Of a DNA stretch of 35,569 nucleotides, positions 18,210 to 26,079 are shown in pieces. The stretch spans positions 1 through 35,569 of the IMG/VR virus record IMGVR_UViG_3300048892_000070; one strand, written 5' to 3'. Source of the DNA: a virus (taxonomy: Duplodnaviria; Caudoviricetes). The notes below the pieces were generated by a model. The model was not told where the DNA came from and searched no databases. It saw nothing but the letters and a program-made list of their open reading frames with translations. Made by a program: the position numbers and the translations under genes. Numbering within the stretch: the stretch's first letter is position 1; every line of letters starts with the position of its first letter.

Positions 18210-18653
18210 ATGCCCCCCTACCTCCGAAATCTCGTTTCCCACATCGGCCCAGATAAGCGGGGCTACGCAAGGGTGTCGCTGCACCCAGCCCATCCCTTCT
18301 ACTGCATGGGCGTCCATAACAACCGGACCTCGGACCGACGCATTCTTGAGACCCACCGTTACGTGATGGCTGAATACTTGGGCCGCCCGCTGAGTTCCCA
18401 TGAGCAGGTCCACCATATAAACGGGAACCGGCTCGACTACCGGCTCGAGAATCTCCAGCTTCGCCTAAGCGGGCACGGACCAGGCCAGGCGTGGCGGTGT
18501 GCCTCCTGCGGGAGTACCGACATCGAAGCCATCCCACTGGCCGAGCCCCCAGATGGCGAGAGGCAGGAAGCCCGCTCGGAGCCGACCAGAACTCCAACGG
18601 TCGAAGTCCAGCTCCGGATCAGCCTGGACGCGCTCGAAGCTCCCCTTCCCTGA
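18210..18653 (+). CDS. HNH endonuclease (homing-type) with CxxC
   Basis: 'HRYVMAEYLGRPL...VHHINGNRLDYRLENL'. TAGAAT 5-6 nt before ATG suggests a leaderless transcript. Confidence 0.85.
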   Translation: MPPYLRNLVSHIGPDKRGYARVSLHPAHPFYCMGVHNNRTSDRRILETHRYVMAEYLGRPLSSHEQVHHINGNRLDYRLENLQLRLSGHGPGQAWRCASCGSTDIEAIPLAEPPDGERQEARSEPTRTPTVEVQLRISLDALEAPLP

Positions 18654-18680
18654 ATTCCCACTAAGCCCAGGAGGGCCTAC

Positions 18681-19607
18681 ATGTCGCTGAAGTACGAGCC
18701 AGTTTTGGACGGCTGCCCTGTGCCCCGCCCGCTCTATCCGATCCTCAAGAAGCTGAAGAAGGAAACCGGCTGCGTCTACCAGTCGATCTACCGAGGAACG
18801 GATGCGGAAGCGCTGCTCAACAAGTACGGCAAGCACTCCCAGCAATACCTCTACGAACACCAGGGCACGGAAGGGATCGGGCCTGCCAATCCTCCGGGCC
18901 AGTCAACGCATGAGCTGCGCTCCGATGGCGTCCCGTACCCAGGGCCGGTCGGGCGAAAGCTGCCATGGTTTGACTGCGGGATAGACGTTGACGACGCGCA
19001 CGTAGAAGCGGTTATCGCCGCCGCGAAACGCCACGGCTGGAAGCTCTATCGCCCCTACGGCTCGGGGAGCGAGTACCACCACGTGAACTTCGCCCACAAG
19101 CCGAGCCACTGGAAGGCGTTCTTCCGCGCCGTCTTCACACCCAAGAAGAAGAAGCACCGCAAGCCTGCGCCGCGTCCTAAGCGCCTCTCTCCCGCCGGCG
19201 CCCAGTTCATCGCAGACTTCGAGGGATTCCGCTCAGCGCCATATCAAGACGCCGTGGGGGTGTGGACCGTCGGATACGGCCATACGCACGGCGTTGGGCC
19301 GAACACAAAACGGGTGACCAAGAAGCGGGCGCTTCAGCTCTTGGAGGCGGACGCCGCCGACGCAGCCACGGCGGTCCGCGATCTCGTTGACGTTCGCCTC
19401 GACCAGCACCAGTTCGACGCGCTGGTCTCGTTCGTCTTCAACCTCGGGGCCGGTGCCCTCGCTGAATCCACGCTCCTGAAGCTGCTCAACAAGGGCGACT
19501 ACAAGGGAGCCGCTGCCCAATTCGCCCGCTGGGACCACGCGGGCGGTCAAGTGCTTGAGGGCCTTTCTCGGCGTCGTGCTGCCGAGGCCGCCCTTTTCGC
19601 CAAATAG
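18681..19607 (+). CDS. Endolysin: M15-like zinc peptidase + GH24 lysozyme
   Basis: N-domain 'SIYR...ANPPGQSTHE...GIDV...EYHHV'. C-domain 'FEGFRSAPYQDAVGVWTVGYGHT...QFDALVSFVFNLG...GLSRRRAAE'. Confidence 0.88.
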   Translation: MSLKYEPVLDGCPVPRPLYPILKKLKKETGCVYQSIYRGTDAEALLNKYGKHSQQYLYEHQGTEGIGPANPPGQSTHELRSDGVPYPGPVGRKLPWFDCGIDVDDAHVEAVIAAAKRHGWKLYRPYGSGSEYHHVNFAHKPSHWKAFFRAVFTPKKKKHRKPAPRPKRLSPAGAQFIADFEGFRSAPYQDAVGVWTVGYGHTHGVGPNTKRVTKKRALQLLEADAADAATAVRDLVDVRLDQHQFDALVSFVFNLGAGALAESTLLKLLNKGDYKGAAAQFARWDHAGGQVLEGLSRRRAAEAALFAK

Positions 19608-19626
19608 CACCCAACGAAAGGAAGCG

Positions 19627-19797
19627 ATGCAGACCCTTCACCCGAAGGTCAAGGTTCCCGCGCTCGTCGGCCAGGTGGTTTCGGTCGTCCTCGCGGTCCT
19701 CGCTGTCGTCGGGCAGTCTGTCCCGGCTGCTGTCCCGATCACCACGGAGGCGACTTCAATCCTCCTGCTGATCGCCGGCTACCTCACGTACGCATGA
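19627..19797 (+). CDS. Holin (56 aa, two TM segments)
   Basis: GAAAGGA RBS. Two hydrophobic stretches, directly after endolysin. Confidence 0.7.
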   Translation: MQTLHPKVKVPALVGQVVSVVLAVLAVVGQSVPAAVPITTEATSILLLIAGYLTYA

Positions 19798-19856
19798 CCC
19801 TCCTCTACGTGCTGGCGGACGTGATTCTGGTTGTGGTCCTCGTCAAGGTGCTGTAG
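19794..19856 (+). CDS. 20-aa hydrophobic peptide
   Basis: MTLLYVLADVILVVVLVKVL. ATGA overlap with holin; fills the gap to the next gene. Confidence 0.45.
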   Translation: MTLLYVLADVILVVVLVKVL

Positions 19857-19859
19857 CCC

Positions 19860-20183
19860 TTGGCCTTCAACACGACCGGCAAGGGGTCGGCGGCGGAGAA
19901 CTTCGTCGCCCGGCACCTTGAGGCGAAGGGCTACACGGTCGGCTCCCTCCGTCACCGCAAAGGCGGCGGGGACGAGCTGGCGGTCCACCCAGAGGGGCCG
20001 ATCCTCCTAATCGAGGTCAAGGGCTGCAAGCCCAGCGCCCTCTGGCAGAACTTCCGCCGCGACCAGCGCCAGGAAATGCGAGATGTGCCGCTGCCCCCCA
20101 ACGCAGAGCGGACCCTGGCCCTTGTCAAGGGGTCGGGAGACAACCGGACAATCGACTGGTACGCCGAGGAGGAATGGCCCTAG
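19860..20183 (+). CDS. PD-(D/E)XK nuclease, Holliday-junction-resolvase-like
   Basis: 'G.AAENFVARHLEAKGYTV...GDELAV...LLIEVKG'. Confidence 0.75.
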   Translation: MAFNTTGKGSAAENFVARHLEAKGYTVGSLRHRKGGGDELAVHPEGPILLIEVKGCKPSALWQNFRRDQRQEMRDVPLPPNAERTLALVKGSGDNRTIDWYAEEEWP

Positions 20184-21389
20184 ATGGCTCCCAAGCTGAT
20201 CGAGATGCCCCCGCTGGAGAAGCTCCTCCAGCTCGCGCCCAAGCACTCCTCGTTGGCTCAGCTGGCCGAAGATCCAGAGGTGGGCATCAAGCCGGGGACG
20301 TTCCAGAAGCGGACCAAAGCGGATGGGACGCGGGAGCAGATCGAAGCCGCGCTGAGGCCCGCTGGCTCCCCGCTCGACGCGACGGGCGATGTCTCCCGAG
20401 AGGAGATGCTCGAACACCGGGTCAAGGAGCTGGAAGCACAGGACCGCAAGGACCGCAAGAACAAGGTCTACGACGAGCGGATAGTTGCGGCGGTCGAGAA
20501 CGCCATTGCCACCCGCGAGCCCCTCTACTCCCCGGCCCCGATCCCCCGCGCCAAGCACTCGGCCACCCAGCATGAGTTCTTCCTGAACTGGTCGGACCTC
20601 CATGCGGGAGAGGTCGTCTCGCTCGAGGAGACAGGTGGGATCAACTCCTACGACTGGGCGACGATGCTCAAGCGTCAGGAGAAGCTCCGAGAGAGCCTGT
20701 TCAGCTACCAGGACAACAGGCCCTACCCGGTGGAGACCCTCCACGTAGGAGCGCTGGGAGACATGCTCAGCGGGTCGATCCACGACGAGCTGGTAGCCAC
20801 CAACGAGATCCCGATGGCAGAGGCCACGGTCCAGCTTGCCCAGGACGGGGCGGAGTGGCTTGAGTCCCTCACCGAGCGCTTCCCCCGGATCAAGTTCTCG
20901 GGCGTCGTCGGCAACCATCCCCGCGCCCACAAAAAACCTTGGGCCAAGCAGGGATTCGACAACGCCGATTGGACCGTCTACCGGATCATGCAGGCGATCC
21001 TCGCCAAAAACGACCGCATCGAGTTCGACATCCCGAAGGCGACCCAGCACCGGGTGATCGTCGCGGAGAAGTGGCCGCTACTGCTCTGGCATGGCGATGG
21101 CGTGAGGTCATCCATGCCCGGAGTTCCCTGGGGAGGCGTGGTGCGCCGCGTCACTGCCCTGAAAGCCCAATACGCGAGCGCCGGCAAGCCGGTTCGCTTC
21201 TTCAACTGCGGCCACTTTCACACCGCAAATGCGGTCGAGGGAGGCGAGATCATCCTGAACGGCTCGGTCAAGGGCGTGGACGAGTACAGCATCAAGGCGT
21301 TCGGCGGTGGGCGTCCTCCCCAGCAAGTCCTTCAGACCTTCCATCCACGGAAGGGACTCACCGACGTTTCGATCATCGACCTGGCCTAG
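20184..21389 (+). CDS. Calcineurin-like metallophosphoesterase
   Basis: SDLH, GDML, GNH, WHGD and GHFH motifs in canonical order. Confidence 0.85.
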   Translation: MAPKLIEMPPLEKLLQLAPKHSSLAQLAEDPEVGIKPGTFQKRTKADGTREQIEAALRPAGSPLDATGDVSREEMLEHRVKELEAQDRKDRKNKVYDERIVAAVENAIATREPLYSPAPIPRAKHSATQHEFFLNWSDLHAGEVVSLEETGGINSYDWATMLKRQEKLRESLFSYQDNRPYPVETLHVGALGDMLSGSIHDELVATNEIPMAEATVQLAQDGAEWLESLTERFPRIKFSGVVGNHPRAHKKPWAKQGFDNADWTVYRIMQAILAKNDRIEFDIPKATQHRVIVAEKWPLLLWHGDGVRSSMPGVPWGGVVRRVTALKAQYASAGKPVRFFNCGHFHTANAVEGGEIILNGSVKGVDEYSIKAFGGGRPPQQVLQTFHPRKGLTDVSIIDLA

Positions 21390-21640
21390 TGCTGCCCAAG
21401 TACGCCAACTGTCGGCGCTGCGGCAGCCGCATCAACCACGCCGAGGGCTACTCGTCGGTCCACTTCTCCGAGGGCAAGACGACGCTGGAAAAACTGCGTA
21501 ACGGCAAGGTCATCTGCCTGTGCGTCGAGTGCTCGCTCGCCCTACGGACTTATCTGGGCGTCCCGGAGGTCCCGCCTCGCCCGGTCGTCTCGCCCCCTGG
21601 CCTCCCCGAGCCTCCAGTCTCTCTCTACTGGGAGGACTGA
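21389..21640 (+). CDS. Zinc-finger protein (83 aa)
   Basis: TAG/GTG overlap. CRRC...CVEC. Confidence 0.65.
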   Translation: MLPKYANCRRCGSRINHAEGYSSVHFSEGKTTLEKLRNGKVICLCVECSLALRTYLGVPEVPPRPVVSPPGLPEPPVSLYWED

Positions 21641-21697
21641 CCCGTAGCCGATGCCGCCCTACGGAGCCACGGTCCCGCGCATGGTGTCGCTGCGTCT

Positions 21698-21737
21698 AGC
21701 CCTCGTCCCTGAAATATGGGGCGGGGGCTTTTCTTTT
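21698..21737 (+). terminator. Intrinsic terminator ending the late operon
   Basis: 12-bp stem AGCCCTCGTCCC/GGGGCGGGGGCT followed by TTTCTTTT. Confidence 0.85.
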
Positions 21738-21779
21738 GAGCCAATCTGCGTGGTATCGTGGGTCGTGCCTTAAGTGGTC

Positions 21780-21845
21780 AAGACCCCCGTCCTCCGCGTC
21801 GAGTGATCAGTCTTTTCAGCGGAGGGCGGGGTCTTTCTGCTTTTT
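21780..21845. terminator. Second long hairpin (terminator or small RNA 3' end)
   Basis: AAGACCCCCGTCCTCCGC/GCGGAGGGCGGGGTCTT, 21-nt loop, T-rich tail on +. Abuts the sulfotransferase stop. Confidence 0.6.
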
Positions 21846-22755
21846 AGACGCTCCAGGTCGAGAACGTTTTGCCTGTCAGCTCGCGCAGGCGTTCCGCCTC
21901 GCCCGCATAGAGATCTGCGAGGCGAGAGCGCAAGTCGTCGTCTAGCTCGGGAGCCTCGACTGGCGGGAAGAACGTGCGCTCCACGGTGCGGCGCAGGGAG
22001 CGGCGAACGCCGCGTGGGAGCCAGCGCAGGGCCGAGGCTTTCGCGCCTTCGGCGAAGCGTTTGTAGCCAGCGGAATAGACGCGCCGCTCACTGTTGGCGT
22101 TCAGCTCGTTGTCAAAGAGGGATGAGTCGAAGCCAGCGTCCACCGACAAGAAGGCGAATATCTCGCGCAACGTGGCGGACCGATCAGCGAGGAGGTCAGC
22201 CTGGTCGACCACCAAGATCCTGTCCTGTCCGAAGTGCGCGAGGTAGCGATCGAGCTGGGACGCGTAGAGGCTGGGGCACGTGAAGATCGAGGAGCTGTCC
22301 GTGAGGTCGCCCAGCGCCTCCGACAGCGACCTTTGCTCGCCCGCCAGAGAAACCCGATGCTGGAAATGCGAGAGCGTCCGGGCGATGGGATCGCGGACCA
22401 AATAGATGAACCGAGCGTCAGGGATCAGCTTGGCGATCCGCTTCGGCACATCTTGGCGGCGGGGATAGACCGTATAGCTGGGTGAGGCCTCCCCCCGCTC
22501 TCTCGCGTCGGAGTCGAAAAGCTGTTCGTAGGCAGCCAGGTCGTCGACCCTCCCGCCCGGATAGGGCAGGCCGTTCTCGGGGCCAGCGAAGAAGTGCGGC
22601 TCCTTGTTGGCCGACATCTGGATCTCCGGATGCTGGTCGAGGTAGTAGTGAAGGCTGGTCGTCCCGGCCTTCGGAGCGCCGATTATGAGGAAGGTCGGCA
22701 GGGTCGCCCTGCGCTGGTCTGGTCCCAATGACGCCCCCATGCCGATGCCGACCAT
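21844..22755 (-). CDS. PAPS-dependent sulfotransferase
   Basis: 5'-PSB loop 'IIGAPKAGTTSL', 'KEPHFF', 'GEASPSY', 3'-PB 'RDPIARTLS'. Confidence 0.9.
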   Translation of the reverse strand: MVGIGMGASLGPDQRRATLPTFLIIGAPKAGTTSLHYYLDQHPEIQMSANKEPHFFAGPENGLPYPGGRVDDLAAYEQLFDSDARERGEASPSYTVYPRRQDVPKRIAKLIPDARFIYLVRDPIARTLSHFQHRVSLAGEQRSLSEALGDLTDSSSIFTCPSLYASQLDRYLAHFGQDRILVVDQADLLADRSATLREIFAFLSVDAGFDSSLFDNELNANSERRVYSAGYKRFAEGAKASALRWLPRGVRRSLRRTVERTFFPPVEAPELDDDLRSRLADLYAGEAERLRELTGKTFSTWSV

Positions 22756-22857
22756 ATTCCGCTAAGCGCTTTAGCGCAAATTCGGCCTCATCAGAACTTC
22801 TCATGCAATGCTTTCTGCGTGGTTCGCAACGGGAGGGCGAGCCGCAACAGGGAACAG

Positions 22858-23052
22858 ATGGGAACTGGGACATCGCTGTCGAGATTGAGGACCATACGCG
22901 ACGCTCAGCGCCGTGCAAAAGCCCTGCTCTCAGAGAGAGACGAGCTGATTGTCAGGGCGGTGAAGGTGGAGGGGCATTCGGAGCGGCTGGTCGCTGAGGC
23001 GGCGGGTCTGACCTCGCCGCGGGTCAACCAGATCGTCAACGCCGCTAAGTAG
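22858..23052 (+). CDS. Small HTH protein
   Basis: 'ERDELIVRAV..GHSERLVAEAAGLTSPRVNQIV'. Start could instead be 22819. Confidence 0.65.
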   Translation: MGTGTSLSRLRTIRDAQRRAKALLSERDELIVRAVKVEGHSERLVAEAAGLTSPRVNQIVNAAK

Positions 23053-23272
23053 TTTTCGGGAATACAGACAGGGACGGACCGCAGCTAAACGAATGTCGAG
23101 CGCCCTTGCAATCTTGCGAGCGGGCGAGCAGGGTGCGGGCTGTGGCAGCCGGGCTAGTGGGGGCGGTTCCGTCCAGCGGGGGGCGTAGGTTCATCGACGC
23201 GCTACAGGCGCAATGGTGGGCTGCCGGCCTTGTCGCTGCCAATGAATCAGCCCTCCAGTTTCGGAGGCGCTG

Positions 23273-23512
23273 ATGGATGCGGAGCAGGTGGGGGAGAGGG
23301 ACCACGACGCGGAGCTAGCGGAAGCCCTGGTCGCGGTCAGGCGGGTGGCGGCTAACCCCCAGCTTCCTGATTACGTAGAACGGTCTCTAGCAGCGACCGT
23401 TGCTCTGCTAGAGCGGCTTTCACCTCAGCGAGTTCTGCGGCCAGTTGATTCTCAAGCGCGTCCAGCCTCAGCGTCCAATCCCCAGCCTCCGCTGCTGCGG
23501 ACCGTCCGTTGA
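23273..23512 (+). CDS. Hypothetical protein overlapping repressor 3' end in antisense
   Basis: GGAGG RBS and ATG, amphipathic helices. 161-bp convergent overlap lowers confidence. Confidence 0.4.
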   Translation: MDAEQVGERDHDAELAEALVAVRRVAANPQLPDYVERSLAATVALLERLSPQRVLRPVDSQARPASASNPQPPLLRTVR

Positions 23513-23858
23513 GCTTCCCCATGAGGTCATTGTCCTCCGGTTCTTCCCGCTCCGCAAGCGGCCCGGCGACCAGATCGGCCACGGTCGTCTCAAGGGCTTT
23601 GGCGACCTCATCCAGTTCTTCGGGGCGATGCTTGCCGCGCTCCCAGCGCGACCACTCGCTCGCCTGAACCGTTCCGGGCATCCGTTCCGCGCACTCGCGC
23701 TGGGATAGCTCGCCCCTCTCGCCGCGCAGTTCCTTGCGCCGCTCTCGCATCCGTTTCCCAATGCGTTCGGTTTCGTCGGCCATCCGCGCCGCGAGCCTAA
23801 GCAGGTCGGCACGGCTTGTCGATGACACAGGTATAGGCAGGACTTGACTCGGCGGCAT
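23352..23858 (-). CDS. Immunity repressor, XRE-family HTH (cI-like)
   Basis: 'LSQRECAERM...EWSRWERGKHRP..LDEVAKAL'. Divergent from a cro-like gene. No S24 peptidase domain. Confidence 0.85.
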   Translation of the reverse strand: MPPSQVLPIPVSSTSRADLLRLAARMADETERIGKRMRERRKELRGERGELSQRECAERMPGTVQASEWSRWERGKHRPEELDEVAKALETTVADLVAGPLAEREEPEDNDLMGKLNGRSAAAEAGDWTLRLDALENQLAAELAEVKAALAEQRSLLETVLRNQEAGG

Positions 23859-23880
23859 TTGTCTGTAGTATAGACACAGA
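23844..23880. promoter_or_regulatory. Divergent promoters and 17-bp operator
   Basis: TTGACT-16bp-TAGTAT on +, TATACT on - (23867-23872), palindrome TGTCTGTA-G-TATAGACA at 23860-23876. Confidence 0.7.
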
Positions 23881-24126
23881 ATGACGAGTCAGGAGACAGG
23901 ACAAGCAATGCCGACCTACGCGAGCAACCTCCGCCAAGCCCGGGACGGACGAGGCTGGAGCCAGAAACAGGTTGCCGATGCCATCGGCGTCACCCCGTCA
24001 GACGTAAGCCGCTGGGAGCGGGGCGCGGTCGAACCGGGGCGCAAGTACCGCCATCTGCTCGCTGACCTCTTCTTCGCTGGCGATGTCTCCGCGCTCTACC
24101 GCGAGCCGACCGGAGCAGCGGCCTAG
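23881..24126 (+). CDS. Cro-like XRE HTH regulator
   Basis: 'LRQARDGRGWSQKQVADAIGVTPSDVSRWERG'. Start may be 23908. Confidence 0.88.
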   Translation: MTSQETGQAMPTYASNLRQARDGRGWSQKQVADAIGVTPSDVSRWERGAVEPGRKYRHLLADLFFAGDVSALYREPTGAAA

Positions 24127-24195
24127 ATGCCCTTCCTAGCCCTCATCGCCCTCTCTGTCCTGATCGTCTCTGTCTCTATGTGGGCGCTCGGCTGA
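24127..24195 (+). CDS. 22-aa hydrophobic peptide
   Basis: MPFLALIALSVLIVSVSMWALG. Abuts cro stop; TGATG overlap with next gene. Confidence 0.5.
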   Translation: MPFLALIALSVLIVSVSMWALG

Positions 24196-24434
24196 TGAGC
24201 GACTCGACCACCTCCCACTTGGGACGGAGGCTCTCTGTGGTGCCAGAGCCGAAGGAGCATCCGGTTCTCGGAGCGCTTCGCTGGCTGCACTTTTTGAACG
24301 CAGCTACGAAGAACCGAGCCGAGCTTGAACACATTGCACGTGAGGCACGGCGAGAGGGACATGACGCCTACGCAGACCACTTCGACGCTGCTGTCCGGTC
24401 ACTACTACAAGCGGAAGGTCGGGTGAGGGGCTGA
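24195..24434 (+). CDS. Hypothetical protein
   Basis: TGATG coupling on both sides. Confidence 0.6.
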   Translation: MSDSTTSHLGRRLSVVPEPKEHPVLGALRWLHFLNAATKNRAELEHIAREARREGHDAYADHFDAAVRSLLQAEGRVRG

Positions 24435-25264
24435 TGCCCAAGAAGATCGAGATTGTCTCGCGCTGGGACAGTTCCAAGGTTCTCTACGTCGCCAAGGGAG
24501 CCGCTGACGTTCGAGCGGCGGTGGAAGAGGCGGTGAGCAGCGGTGCCTACCTGCGCGGTGCCTACCTGGGCGGTGCCTACCTGCGCGGTGCCAACCTGGG
24601 CGGTGCCAACCTGGGCGATGCCTACCTGGGCGGTGCCAACCTGCGCGATGCCTACCAGGGCGGTGCCTACCTGCGCGGTGCCAACCTGGGCGATGCCTAC
24701 CTGGGCGGTGCCAACCTGCGCGATGCCTACCTGGGCGGTGCCTACCTGCGCGGTGCCAACCTGGGCGATGCCTACCTGGGCGGTGCCAACCTGCGCGATG
24801 CCTACCTGGGCGGTGCCTACGACCACCCGAGACACCCCCTCTACGCCTTCCGTCAGGATTACTGGTCGATTCTCGATCAGGCGCCCGGCGAGGTTGCTGG
24901 CCTTCGCAAAGCCATCGTCGCCGGAAAGATCAACGGGTCCACCTACTCGGATGAATGCGGCCTCGGTTGCCTCAACGGAACCATCGCCAACGTCCACGGT
25001 TGCGACTTGGAGGAGCTTCGAGACGAGCTTGGCATCGTCATTGATTCCAACCGCCCGGCAGAGCAGTGGTTCATTGCCATCGCCAAAGGTGACAAGCCGC
25101 TCCCGCTCGACACCGATTTCAAGCAACGCTCAGAGAGCGAGTTCCGCATCTCCTACGCGCTGGTTTGGCTGGACGAGTGGACCGAGTCACGTAAAGCGAT
25201 TGCGAAGGCGCTAACGCCCAAACCGAAGCGTAAATCTGCGAGGAAGAAAGCGGCGAAGTCGTGA
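24434..25264 (+). CDS. Pentapeptide-repeat protein
   Basis: 18 A(Y/N)L(R/G)(G/D) repeats between unique N- and C-terminal domains ('GKINGSTY..ECG.GCLNGTIA'). Confidence 0.92.
   Translation: MPKKIEIVSRWDSSKVLYVAKGAADVRAAVEEAVSSGAYLRGAYLGGAYLRGANLGGANLGDAYLGGANLRDAYQGGAYLRGANLGDAYLGGANLRDAYLGGAYLRGANLGDAYLGGANLRDAYLGGAYDHPRHPLYAFRQDYWSILDQAPGEVAGLRKAIVAGKINGSTYSDECGLGCLNGTIANVHGCDLEELRDELGIVIDSNRPAEQWFIAIAKGDKPLPLDTDFKQRSESEFRISYALVWLDEWTESRKAIAKALTPKPKRKSARKKAAKS
24542..24820 (+). repeat. 15-bp tandem repeat, 18 full units + partial
   Basis: Unit G(G/A)TGCC(T/A)ACCTG(C/G)GC, with a 75-bp higher-order repeat. Confidence 0.95.
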
Positions 25265-25467
25265 GCCCCTCCGAATGGATTGTCGTTGCGGGCTTTGTCG
25301 TCATCGCCCTGCTGGCCTGGTACGGGATACGGAAGACCGACCCCAAGCTCGCCCCTCGCATCCGTTCTCCACGGGCAGAGAACTTCGACCTCGCCAGCGG
25401 TTCATGGCGACGCTATCGGGGCGACTTCGACGCTGAGCATCCCAACCGGAAACGAGTCGGGCTGTGA
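25261..25467 (+). CDS. Small membrane protein
   Basis: GTGA overlap, N-terminal TM. Confidence 0.6.
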   Translation: MSPSEWIVVAGFVVIALLAWYGIRKTDPKLAPRIRSPRAENFDLASGSWRRYRGDFDAEHPNRKRVGL

Positions 25468-25500
25468 CCCTCCTCCAAGCCCTATACACAATGGTCAAGG

Positions 25501-26079
25501 GTGGGGGGATGGTTCGTCGTGGGTGAGCATGTAACCGTCAAGAGCGTCAACGGCGAGGGCAATCCTTGGCAGCACGGAATCACTTACTGGCCCGTCACCT
25601 TCGACCGCAACGGCCAAGACTTCGAATGCACGTGGGGCAAAAAAGGCGACCCCCCGGCAATCGGTGAAACCGTGGAGGGGGACTTCCGCCAGCAGAACGG
25701 CGAGTGGAAGTTCTCGAAGGCGTCCAAACCGCAGGGCGGAGGCTCGGCGGACTACGGGGGCGGCGGCGCTTCGAAGCCGGGTGGCCGCGAATGGAAACCT
25801 GAGTCGGAGCTTGACCCGGAGAAGGTGGCCCGGATTACTCGCGCCCATTCGCAGAATCTCGCGGTGGAGTTGTTGAACAGAGTCCCGAGCTTCGCCGAGG
25901 CTCCGAAAGAGAACAAGCAACGGGCGATCACGGCCTGGGCTGACTTCTTCGATGCTGATGTTCAGAACGCTGCGGTCGTCGCATCGGCCAAGGCCGGCCT
26001 CAACGCAACCGAGACTCCCGCCATTCGCCCCGCTGCGGCTGACGGAGAGATTGTCGACGGGGACGGGATTCCGTTTTGA
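25501..26079 (+). CDS. SSB-like / recombination protein
   Basis: Beta-rich (OB-like) N-domain, Gly linker, acidic tail ending DGDGIPF. Start uncertain. Confidence 0.6.
   Translation: MGGWFVVGEHVTVKSVNGEGNPWQHGITYWPVTFDRNGQDFECTWGKKGDPPAIGETVEGDFRQQNGEWKFSKASKPQGGGSADYGGGGASKPGGREWKPESELDPEKVARITRAHSQNLAVELLNRVPSFAEAPKENKQRAITAWADFFDADVQNAAVVASAKAGLNATETPAIRPAAADGEIVDGDGIPF

Noticed and set aside
18210-18653. Group I intron hosting the HNH
   Set aside because: The flanking genes are intact separate ORFs, and the intergenic gaps are under 45 bp, too short for a ribozyme core.
19860-20183. Restriction enzyme paired with the methyltransferases
   Set aside because: It is only 107 aa, resolvase-like, and about 9 kb away in a different operon.
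3974-22755. Glycosyltransferase and sulfotransferase as one pathway (for example DNA hypermodification)
   Set aside because: They are 17 kb apart on opposite strands in different expression classes, and no base-hydroxylase or nucleotide-modifying genes are seen.
23045-23305. Reverse ORF downstream of the repressor
   Set aside because: Low-complexity, unprotein-like translation with no motif, despite a GGAGG before an internal TTG.
24542-24820. CRISPR array or DGR variable region
   Set aside because: There are no spacers, the units are in-frame codons, and no reverse transcriptase or template repeat is present in the window.
24368-25126. 252-aa antisense ORF with VG(T/I)AQ repeats, and the alternative-frame 24543-25214 ORF
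   Set aside because: Both are shadows of the stop-free 15-bp repeat.
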